A stretch of 25,723 bases of DNA, from IMG/VR virus record IMGVR_UViG_3300029394_000350, positions 1 to 25,723 of that record; one strand, given 5' to 3'. Below are positions 15,978-23,403 of this stretch, one piece after another. The notes beneath the pieces are model-generated. The model did no database searches. It was not told the DNA's origin and saw nothing but the letters and a program-made list of their open reading frames with translations. The stretch comes from a virus. Within the stretch, counting starts at the first letter, position 1. Each line of letters opens with the position of its first letter. The position numbers and the translations under genes were made by a program.

Positions 15978-16718
15978 TTAATCGGCGGAGGCCGTCGCGT
16001 CGATGCGGACGATGGCGCTGGGGTTCGTCAGCTTGGTCAGCGAGTAGACGCGGTTGGTGACGAGCGTCAAGGCCGGCGTCGGCTTGTATTCAGTGATGAC
16101 TTCGCGGCGAAGCTTGCCGGAAAGCCCGAAGGTTTTGACGGCGGAGGCGTCGAACTGCGTCGGGGAGTCTTCCTTGTACAGGACGTAGACTTCGTTTTCC
16201 ATGATGGTTTTCGCGTCGCCGGAAGCGTCGCGGTACGGCATGGAGGCGATGTAAATATCCCGGATGGGCCGGATCAGAGCCATGCGAAGCAGGTCTTCAT
16301 TGAACAGGCCGACGCTGTTGAAGGAAACCACCTGACGCGCCAGCGGATTGGATCGAAGCAGCTGCCATGCGTTGACGCCGAAGACAATCGTGGTCGGGAA
16401 GTGTCCGGTTGCGGCGTTGATGGACAGGATCGCCTTGTCCAGCTGATCCAACGGGTTTTTCTGCGGGTTGGCCCAATCGCCCATGCCGGAAGCGGCCGGA
16501 AGCTGGCTCATCAGCAGCTTGGCGCGCTCATATTCGTAGGACGTCACAAACTGTGATTCGATGAGTTTGTATTCCGCCAGGGCGATGGCCTGCGCCTTTT
16601 CCAGGTTGACGCCCAGCAAAGCGTCCGGTATGGGCAGCGTCAATCCGTAACCCTGAAGGGTGTCTGTTTCGTTTCTGCCGCGCAGGACGGTCTGGCGGGG
16701 AGGTTCGCCCGGCCCCAC
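15978..16718 (-). CDS. Major capsid protein (lambda gpE-like / Mu-like head), at least 246 aa; true N-terminus probably upstream
   Basis: It follows protease/scaffold and the DUF2190-like gene, as in gpC-D-E type head modules. The track starts it at GTG 16718, but the frame is open for 71 more codons, to the TAA at 16932-16934, filling the otherwise empty 220-nt gap. Confidence 0.65.
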   Translation of the reverse strand: MGPGEPPRQTVLRGRNETDTLQGYGLTLPIPDALLGVNLEKAQAIALAEYKLIESQFVTSYEYERAKLLMSQLPAASGMGDWANPQKNPLDQLDKAILSINAATGHFPTTIVFGVNAWQLLRSNPLARQVVSFNSVGLFNEDLLRMALIRPIRDIYIASMPYRDASGDAKTIMENEVYVLYKEDSPTQFDASAVKTFGLSGKLRREVITEYKPTPALTLVTNRVYSLTKLTNPSAIVRIDATASAD

Positions 16719-16938
16719 CTGGATGGGCTGGACGGTGAAGGCCGATTCCGTGTCCCAGACCTTGTACTGGAAATTCAGGTCATAGACCGGGACGATCGGA
16801 GCGATGCGGCTGATGATGGAGTTCTCTTCGGTGTTGCCGGACCCCGCGGAATAGGAGGTCAGGACATCGGTGAACTGAACGGCGGAGCAAAATGGAGTAG
16901 CCCTTGTTCTTGGTCTTTCTGTTGGTTGGGGTTAATAG

Positions 16939-17370
16939 TTAGGCTGCGGCGACCTGGTAGGACGGGACGAATCCGATTTCCACAAGGCCCTGTTCCCACT
17001 GTGCATGAATAACGCGGGCATAGACGGTTTCGCCGCTGGCGGCGGCCTTCCATGTCCCGTTGGCCGTGATGGTGACGGGCGTTCCGGCGTTGATGGTTCC
17101 GGGCGTGTCGGATAGAGCCGCCTTGATGAGGCCGGCATACATGCCGACGAGCGCGGCGACGCAGGTTCCCTTGTTGGGCTGTCCCTGCAGGACGACGCCT
17201 AGCAGCTGCTCCTGCGTGGGGATAGTGGACAACGGAGTTCCGACAAATTCAGGGATGTCGGGATTCGCGGTCAGCGCCACGACGGTTCCTTCCTGTCCGC
17301 ACAGGTCAACGCCTTCCGGGGCGTTGAAATAGACGATGGCGCTTTTCTGGGTTACGTTGAGTGATGGCAT
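16939..17370 (-). CDS. DUF2190-like head decoration protein, 143 aa
   Basis: Gly/Val/Ala-rich ~140-aa protein located between the protease/scaffold and capsid genes, the typical position and composition of DUF2190 decoration proteins. Confidence 0.55.
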   Translation of the reverse strand: MPSLNVTQKSAIVYFNAPEGVDLCGQEGTVVALTANPDIPEFVGTPLSTIPTQEQLLGVVLQGQPNKGTCVAALVGMYAGLIKAALSDTPGTINAGTPVTITANGTWKAAASGETVYARVIHAQWEQGLVEIGFVPSYQVAAA

Positions 17371-17392
17371 TGGGTTTGATCAGGTTGAATAA

Positions 17393-18505
17393 TTAACGTT
17401 GGGCGGAGACGATGAAGCCCTCTTCGGTCGCCTTCTGGTAGGCGTCATAGCGCTTCATGCCGTCCTTGATGAGTTCGTTCACACGGTTGTTGATTCCGTC
17501 AATGGATTCCTTCTTGCGGAATGGGTCAGGGGGATTCAGGGTCGCGCGGCGGTTCAGAGGCGTCCTTTGCGGAAGCTTCTTCTGCTCCGGCTGCTCCTGT
17601 TTCTGCGGGCCCGCCTGGCGGTTGAGCGCGCGGATAAAGGCGTTCAGTGCGGCGGGGCTTTCCCGGAGAGAGTTTTTCAGCTCTTCCCGGCGTTCTTCCG
17701 TGAATTCCTCGCGTTCTTCCTCGTCCAGCGCGTTTTCGTACGTGCTGACGGCGTCGTCCACTTCGGCGTTCACGTGGTCTTTCTCACGCTTTTCCAGCGA
17801 GAGCAGTTCATCAAGTCGTCCGAGGATCGCCCTGCTCATGTCGTCGGTGCCGTCAAATTCGACATCCAGCTTGTCAAGCAGGGAATCGAACAGGGCCCGC
17901 TGGGCCTTGTCCATTTCCTTGGACGGATATTTTCTATCGTCGTTGTCCATATTGGTGTTCTGGGTTGTTTCCCCCTCTTCGGGGCTTTTGTGTTCGCCCC
18001 CGGCCTCGTCGGAGGCGGGGGAAGTCTGTCGGTTGACCAGAGGCCGCTTTCCCTTGATGCGTGGACGGTTGGTCAGGGCAAAGCCGGTCAGGCGCGAAGG
18101 ACGGTAGACCCCGTCCGACAAGGTCATCCCTTCGCCATATTCGGTGGATGATTGCGTGTATTCCTTGTCCTGCAGCATCTTTAGGCCGCGCGGCGTCCAT
18201 TCGATGAAGCCGTAGAGTTCCAGCGTGCCGGAAGGGTCGCGGTAGGTGTCCAGCCTCTTGAGCCATCCGAGGGCCCGAGTATCGCGGGAAAGGTCGTGGC
18301 TCAGGTGGTCGCCGTCGATGAGCATGCCCGGGCCGTCAAAGGTGCGGGCGTTGAAGTCGTCCACCATGTCCTGGATCGCCTGCTCGTCGACGCGCAGCAC
18401 GGCGGGTCCTTCGCCGTAGTCGACGTCATGATCCCCGCTCTTCTCGACGTGGAACCAGCCGTTGGCGGGTTGGGAGAGGTCATTGATTTGTTTCGTACTG
18501 ATCAT
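17393..18505 (-). CDS. Mu gpI-like prohead protease fused to an acidic scaffold-like C-terminus, 370 aa
   Basis: N-terminal GWFHVEKSGDH ... LIDGDHLSHD ... ALGWLKRL ... LYGFIEWTPRGLKMLQDKEYTQSSTEY follows the Mu I protease pattern. The C-terminal half is E/K/R-rich and coiled-coil-like. It overlaps the portal 3' end. Confidence 0.7.
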   Translation of the reverse strand: MISTKQINDLSQPANGWFHVEKSGDHDVDYGEGPAVLRVDEQAIQDMVDDFNARTFDGPGMLIDGDHLSHDLSRDTRALGWLKRLDTYRDPSGTLELYGFIEWTPRGLKMLQDKEYTQSSTEYGEGMTLSDGVYRPSRLTGFALTNRPRIKGKRPLVNRQTSPASDEAGGEHKSPEEGETTQNTNMDNDDRKYPSKEMDKAQRALFDSLLDKLDVEFDGTDDMSRAILGRLDELLSLEKREKDHVNAEVDDAVSTYENALDEEEREEFTEERREELKNSLRESPAALNAFIRALNRQAGPQKQEQPEQKKLPQRTPLNRRATLNPPDPFRKKESIDGINNRVNELIKDGMKRYDAYQKATEEGFIVSAQR

Positions 18506-19745
18506 CGGTAAATCCTTTCATGAGTCCGGCGTAAATCATTTGCTGAAGCTGCTCGTAGGCGTCGGGCGGAATGAGCGCTTTTTCCGGTTCCCTGTTGGCC
18601 GCCGCCGTCACCGGAACGGGTTCCTGCGTGCCCTCGATCGACATGCCGATCTTTTCTTCGATTTCGGTTTTCTCGGGGCGGACGCCTCCGTCCGCAAGCG
18701 CGGCAATTTCCTCGGCCTTCTGCAGCGGCGTCTGGACAGTGTCAAAAGTGATGTGGAGGCGGGCCAGCGGTTCTCCGTCTCCCAGGACAAGCGGGCTGAT
18801 GGCGGCGTTAAAAGCTTCGGCGACCTTGGAACAGACCGCGGAGACGACCGAATTCCAGCTGTCCGTGTGCGCTCCCCCGGCCAGCGTGCCGGAGCCTGAT
18901 TCATTCAGGACGGTCAGAGTGCCGGCCATGACAAACCGCACCTGGTCCTTGTCGGACATGTTGATTCGGGACAGGAAATAGTTTTCGTTGATGTTGGAGG
19001 CTTTCAACGGTTCGGCGGTGCAGCCGGGAGGAAGCACCATGGAGGCTCCCGATTTGAGTTCCTCACAGGCCCGTGCCAGCGCGTCCATGACGGCGGCGCT
19101 CGCGTCCTTGGGCGCCGTGATGATGACCGGGGCGCTTCCGTAGCGGTCCATATGGTTATCCCACGTGATTTTCGCGTGGTTGCGCTCAAAAGAGGCGCGG
19201 GTTGCCGGAAAAAGAATGGGGTTCCGGTGCTCCATGACCACGAGCGTTTCTTCCTCTACGCTCTCGCCTGTGTCGACCCCGATGTAGCACTGGGGGTTGA
19301 ACTGCCAGTCGTTCAGCGCTCCGGGCCGCACCCAGTACCGCTGCGGGATGAATTCAAACCGGCGGCCCCAGGCGTCCTCAATGTATTGGAGGTGGGCGTA
19401 ACCGTAGAACATGCCGGAGGCCAACTGCCCAAAGGCCTGTTGAAGTCCGGTGACGGAGTGATAGAATTCTTCCAGCGCGTTTTGCTGACGCTGGGCTTCG
19501 GGGCTGTCGTCCGCGGCGTCAATCACCCATCCCTGCATGGAGACGCTTTCAATGAGTCGGGAATAGAGCATGCCCAGCAAGCCGTCCGAGTAGATGACCT
19601 CGTCCCAAATGAGCATTTGGCGGGCAAAGGCTCCCCGCCGCGCTTCGTTCCGGGCGTCAATCAGGGTTTGCAGGTCGGCGCCCTGCAACGGATCCCAATA
19701 TTCAAACCATTGGGGCTGGTTAGGCTTCCTGCTCTGTTCCGTCAA
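18480..19745 (-). CDS. Portal protein (DUF935 / Mu gp29-like), 421 aa from TTG
   Basis: Size, its position after terL and before the protease, and overall family resemblance. The track start is TTG; the frame is open 63 more codons upstream. Confidence 0.7.
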   Translation of the reverse strand: MTEQSRKPNQPQWFEYWDPLQGADLQTLIDARNEARRGAFARQMLIWDEVIYSDGLLGMLYSRLIESVSMQGWVIDAADDSPEAQRQQNALEEFYHSVTGLQQAFGQLASGMFYGYAHLQYIEDAWGRRFEFIPQRYWVRPGALNDWQFNPQCYIGVDTGESVEEETLVVMEHRNPILFPATRASFERNHAKITWDNHMDRYGSAPVIITAPKDASAAVMDALARACEELKSGASMVLPPGCTAEPLKASNINENYFLSRINMSDKDQVRFVMAGTLTVLNESGSGTLAGGAHTDSWNSVVSAVCSKVAEAFNAAISPLVLGDGEPLARLHITFDTVQTPLQKAEEIAALADGGVRPEKTEIEEKIGMSIEGTQEPVPVTAAANREPEKALIPPDAYEQLQQMIYAGLMKGFTDDQYETNQ

Positions 19746-19980
19746 GGCTCGCCGGGTGAGTTCCGTTTCAAGCTCCTTGATTCTGGTCTCCTGTTGGGCT
19801 ACCAGCTTCGGGGCGTTGAGGATATTTTTGACGGCGTTAAACCTGAGGCAAAGAAAAGGTGGTTGCAGGGGAAGGAGTTGGACCTTCGATTCAGGGACAG
19901 GAACCCCGCGTGATACCGTTTCACCACCCTGCGATTAATTACATATCTTCATATATTGATACGTTGATATATTGTCAACC

Positions 19981-21327
19981 CTAATATCTCCCGTAAGCGC
20001 GTTTTGATGACACGGGCCGGGCGTACCAGGCTCCCAGCGTCCGCGCCAGTCCGCTGTTCCGGCGCGCGTGCCAGGCCATCACAAGGGCGTCGGCCCGGTC
20101 GGGGGAACGAACGCCCCGCTTTGCCATATCTTCCTTGCTTTCAATGCGGACGCGGCCTATTGCATCCGTCTGGAGCCGCGGCGCGACCAGCTGTTCAATC
20201 GTGTCCTCGTCAATGTCGAGGATGAGTTCTTTTTCCTCAATGGCGCGCGCCAGGGCCCGCCATGCCTGGGCTCGCAGATTGACAAAGGCTTGTGTGTCAT
20301 CCGCCGGAAACCCGCCGCGGTAGGAGTGCACCGGAAAGCCCTCGGCGCGGAAGTCATCAATGATGGGGAGCCCTAGGCCGTCGCCGTCGGCAAAGATGCG
20401 GTCGGCAGAGATGCCGAGTTCGGCGGCCTTCCGGCGGAAACGTCCGCGCGCTCCTACGGTGTCCGGGTCGGACCAGTGGTCGGCGATGAAAAAACGGTTG
20501 CCCTGCCCGGCCGCAAAGACGTTTTCATCGCCTCCCGCGGCAAAGTCGAAGCCGCCGCAGGTCTCTCCGGTGTCCAGGAAGGGAGGCGGGTTGTTGACCA
20601 GCTCCATGAGAGCGCGGCGGGAAATGACGGATTGTCCGTCAAGGTCGGTGAATTCACCAAGGATGGCCGAGCGGTAGAAGGAGGACTGCTCACCATATTC
20701 TTTCTTCAGGCGTTCGGCCTTGCCCGGGTCGTTGATTTCAATGTGCGGGCAATCCTCGTATTTGACGCGGATTTTGTAGTAGAGCGATGAATTTTTGTGA
20801 AAGCAGTCGTAGAAGGTGCCGGAATCGGCGCCCGGCGACGAGGTGATGAACGCGTGAAAGAGCGTGCAGCGGGAAACGGCGGTGAAGATGGAGTCCGGAA
20901 TGGTTTTGGCCTCGTCCAGGACGTAAAAGACAGGATCCACGTCGGGCGAGATTTTTGGATGCCATCCTTCCGCACGTCCCGCGTTGTCGGTGGAGAAACC
21001 CACGGCAAAGCCTCCCTCCGGCGTGCGGATCTCCGTCTTGTTGAAGGTCCAGCCGGAAAAGAAAGGATTGTCCATGTAGCGGCGGAGCGCGGGAAAGAGC
21101 TGCTTTTCCACCTGCATCCACGATGAGGACGTAACGGGGACCTGTCCCCGCGGAAAACAGGTGAGAAAGTACAGGATGGCGGGAGCGATGCAGTTGCTTG
21201 TCTTGCCGGATCCGTTAGGAGCGACCAGAGCCACGCTTTTCCCTCTCAGGGTCAGCTTGCCCAGGGACAACGCCTTGATGGCCTCCACCTGCCATGGATA
21301 GGGGTCAAGGCGGAGGATATGGCGCAA
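19981..21327 (-). CDS. terL: Terminase large subunit, 448 aa
   Basis: Walker A VAPNGSGKTS, Walker B-like VLDEAKT, a C-terminal nuclease-type acidic region (DGDGLG ..., SPDRADAL) and the N-terminal PYPWQ motif. TTG start in the track. Confidence 0.9.
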   Translation of the reverse strand: MRHILRLDPYPWQVEAIKALSLGKLTLRGKSVALVAPNGSGKTSNCIAPAILYFLTCFPRGQVPVTSSSWMQVEKQLFPALRRYMDNPFFSGWTFNKTEIRTPEGGFAVGFSTDNAGRAEGWHPKISPDVDPVFYVLDEAKTIPDSIFTAVSRCTLFHAFITSSPGADSGTFYDCFHKNSSLYYKIRVKYEDCPHIEINDPGKAERLKKEYGEQSSFYRSAILGEFTDLDGQSVISRRALMELVNNPPPFLDTGETCGGFDFAAGGDENVFAAGQGNRFFIADHWSDPDTVGARGRFRRKAAELGISADRIFADGDGLGLPIIDDFRAEGFPVHSYRGGFPADDTQAFVNLRAQAWRALARAIEEKELILDIDEDTIEQLVAPRLQTDAIGRVRIESKEDMAKRGVRSPDRADALVMAWHARRNSGLARTLGAWYARPVSSKRAYGRY

Positions 21328-21360
21328 GAAGAAGCTGACGGGGATTCGTGTCCTGACGGG

Positions 21361-21876
21361 TTAGGGATGGAGTTTGCCGGCGATGGTTTCCAGAGCGGTT
21401 TTCTCGTCTTCCTGCAGCTGGGCGAGCTGCTCAGGGTCCAGCGTGATTTTCCGTTCCAGCGGCGCTCCGGGAACGCCGGCGACGTCCTGACGGACCCGGT
21501 CTCCGAATTTATCAGGAGCGAAGCGGGCGGCGACTTTCAGCCGGGTTTCAATGGCGAGCTTCTTCGCGGCGACGGAGGCGGAGCCGCATTCCGGGTCAAG
21601 GGCGACTTTCGCGGCTTCGTCGGCCAGCTCCTGGCAGGCGTCAATCATAGCTTCCGACTGCGCTTCCCGCGCGCGTTGAATGAGTTTGGAAAACTCCGGC
21701 TTTGTTTCACGCCAGTTCCAGACCGTCCAGACCTCCGGCATGTGGTCATCGGAGCAGATGGATTTCATGGTTTCCCCGTCGGCCAGGCGGGAGGCTATCT
21801 CGGCAGCCAGTTCCTCTGTGTAGAGGCTCGGCCGCCCCGGTTTTCTTTTGGTGGTAGGTTTATTTTTCCTGCGGTT
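21361..21876 (-). CDS. terS: Terminase small subunit (HTH type); the conserved N-terminus has no in-frame start (frameshifted or recoded)
   Basis: The ATG ORF (21361-21768) starts at MKSICSDDHMPEVWTVWNW. The same frame upstream encodes KPGRPSLYTEELAAEIASRLADGET, the hallmark N-terminal HTH of this terS family. That frame is closed by TAG at 21877-21879 with no ATG/GTG/TTG in between. Confidence 0.75.
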   Translation of the reverse strand, partial: NRRKNKPTTKRKPGRPSLYTEELAAEIASRLADGETMKSICSDDHMPEVWTVWNWRETKPEFSKLIQRAREAQSEAMIDACQELADEAAKVALDPECGSASVAAKKLAIETRLKVAARFAPDKFGDRVRQDVAGVPGAPLERKITLDPEQLAQLQEDEKTALETIAGKLHP

Positions 21877-21960
21877 CTATCATAGGAGATAACGGATATT
21901 CAAATCAAGCGCGTTGTTTGTTCTTGATTCGGGGCGCGTGTGTCCCAAACTTTGGTCGAG

Positions 21961-22476
21961 ATGAAACAATGTCCCATCTGCGGAAAGGATGTTCCTCCGC
22001 GCGCGGGCAAGCGCGACAGCGTGTACTGTTCCCGGGCCTGCCTCCAGGCTCACTATGCGGAGGCCTGGGAAACGCTCACATGCCCTGTGTGCGGGAACGT
22101 ATTCCGGGCCCAAAAACTGTGGCGCCGTCAATACTGCTCTGCGGAGTGCGCCAACCGCGCCCAGCGAGGGAGGAAAATCACGTCCGCAGCGTTTTTGGAG
22201 GCCTGCCGGCATCGAGGCGTGCCCGGTCCGCGCAAGCATCCGAGGACAGGAAAATTTGAAACCAATTGCCATGCAAAAGTCTGGCGATTGGAATCACCGG
22301 AGGGCGAGATGGTGGAGGCTCGCAACCTCAAGCTTTACATGACCACCAGATTCGGCGACGATGAGGGCAAAAGGATTTATAGTCTTCTGTCCTGCGCGGC
22401 CGGGCGGTTCCGCAAATCGGGACGCGGCACGGGGGCTGGATGGCGGATTCTGGAAGCTCCATCCGTCCCGGAATAA
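21961..22476 (+). CDS. Double FCS/YacG-type zinc-ribbon protein, 171 aa from ATG 21961
   Basis: Two copies of C-P-x-C-G-x(10-13)-Y-C-S-x-x-C: CPICGKDVPPRAGKRDSVYCSRAC and CPVCGNVFRAQKLWRRQYCSAEC. A basic C-terminal domain follows. It is divergent from terS and followed by a strong terminator. Confidence 0.6.
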   Translation: MKQCPICGKDVPPRAGKRDSVYCSRACLQAHYAEAWETLTCPVCGNVFRAQKLWRRQYCSAECANRAQRGRKITSAAFLEACRHRGVPGPRKHPRTGKFETNCHAKVWRLESPEGEMVEARNLKLYMTTRFGDDEGKRIYSLLSCAAGRFRKSGRGTGAGWRILEAPSVPE

Positions 22477-22480
22477 AAAA

Positions 22481-22511
22481 GGGGCGGCTTCGAAAAAAAC
22501 CGCCCCTTTTT
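22481..22511. terminator. Bidirectional rho-independent terminator
   Basis: AAAAAA-GGGGCGG-cttcgaaaaaaa-CCGCCCC-TTTTT, starting 5 nt after the zinc-ribbon gene stop. Confidence 0.8.
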
Positions 22512-22660
22512 AAGGGAAATGGGCGTTTCCGCCCGGATGATCTTGCGATCGTTTTAATCCACAGCCCCGAAGGGCTGAACGTTCAGAGAGAACGCCTCCT
22601 CCTATCATTTTTTGATGGAGGCGGCAACGAAAAAAAATTCTTCTTTTTTCATTTTTTCTC

Positions 22661-22689
22661 TTGCAATACTAAACATTGTTTAGTATATT
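22661..22689 (+). promoter_or_regulatory. Sigma70-like promoter with embedded 21-bp perfect palindromic operator
   Basis: TTGCAA (22661-22666), a 17-nt spacer, TATATT (22684-22689), preceded by a long A/T tract. The palindrome ATACTAAACA-T-TGTTTAGTAT (22666-22686) fills the spacer. It lies about 70 nt upstream of the acidic-protein ATG. Confidence 0.65.
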
Positions 22690-22758
22690 GACCTTGTTGA
22701 CGGGAGGAAGGGACCAACCGGAGACACAATCCACAACCAAATCAGAAAGAACAAGAAA

Positions 22759-23364
22759 ATGGAAATCACCAACATCAAAGGAATGACGGCCCAGGAAATC
22801 GCTGACGAACTCAATAAGAATGGGTACAGCTACTACGGCGAACGCGCCCGCGCCTGGGAAGGCAGCACTCAGAGCCGCATCTATTTCGGCTGGGACTATG
22901 TCATCATTAACCAGGACGGCACCATCACCAATAACAAGCCGAAAAGAGCCCGCGCACTGACGATTGGAAACCCGGCGGTTGAAGCCATTGAGGAAGTAGT
23001 TACCCCCGCCGCTGAAGAAACCAAAGAGGAAGAAAAGGAAGAGTCCGAAGACAAAATCATCACCACGGAAGACGGAGAAGAAATCAACCTGACCGCTCTT
23101 GAATGCGAATTCGGCAGCTACGACTTTGAAGGCAAGACCTACTATGCTGCTCGCCAAATGGAATTAACCAATCGTCTTTTTGACGGATGCTACAACGACG
23201 CGGAAGAAGGAGAGGAATACATCTCGGAATACTCCGCGCCCGGATACGACGAAAACGGAAACCCCGTGGAAATCTTCATGACTTTCACGCAGGTGAAAGG
23301 TGAAGAGATAGACCCGGAAAACCTTAACTGGTTCCAGGACTCCGACCGCGTTGAAGCCCTCTAA
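22759..23364 (+). CDS. Highly acidic hypothetical protein, 201 aa (anti-defence / DNA-mimic candidate)
   Basis: ATG..TAA ORF. By my count 46 D/E against 17 K/R. Central acidic linker EETKEEEKEESED. No catalytic or DNA-binding motif recognised. Confidence 0.7.
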   Translation: MEITNIKGMTAQEIADELNKNGYSYYGERARAWEGSTQSRIYFGWDYVIINQDGTITNNKPKRARALTIGNPAVEAIEEVVTPAAEETKEEEKEESEDKIITTEDGEEINLTALECEFGSYDFEGKTYYAARQMELTNRLFDGCYNDAEEGEEYISEYSAPGYDENGNPVEIFMTFTQVKGEEIDPENLNWFQDSDRVEAL

Positions 23365-23372
23365 CCATGATT

Positions 23373-23396
23373 CCAGGGCGGTGCATGCCGCCCTGG
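23373..23396 (+). promoter_or_regulatory. Intercistronic 9-bp GC-rich hairpin
   Basis: CCAGGGCGG-tgcatg-CCGCCCTGG between the acidic-protein stop and the HTH gene ATG, with no U-tract. Confidence 0.5.
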
Positions 23397-23403
23397 CACA
23401 GCT

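Noticed and set aside
21325-21363. terS and terL are in the same frame, separated by a single TAA and 11 sense codons.
   Set aside because: There is a one-in-three chance of sharing a frame. A plausible TTG start precedes the conserved PYPWQ motif. TAA is a strong stop, and there is no downstream structure.
21880-22272. 130-aa minus-strand ORF antisense to the zinc-ribbon gene, as a possible real first late gene.
   Set aside because: It has no motifs. The plus-strand frame carries two precise Cys4 ribbon signatures and ends at a strong terminator.
22440-22691. 83-aa plus-strand ORF, and the 162-aa minus-strand ORF at 22669-23157.
   Set aside because: The first runs through the terminator, the hairpin region and the promoter. 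The second is antisense to the acidic-protein gene and translates to a Phe/Gly/Val-rich shadow of its GAA/GAG-rich codons.
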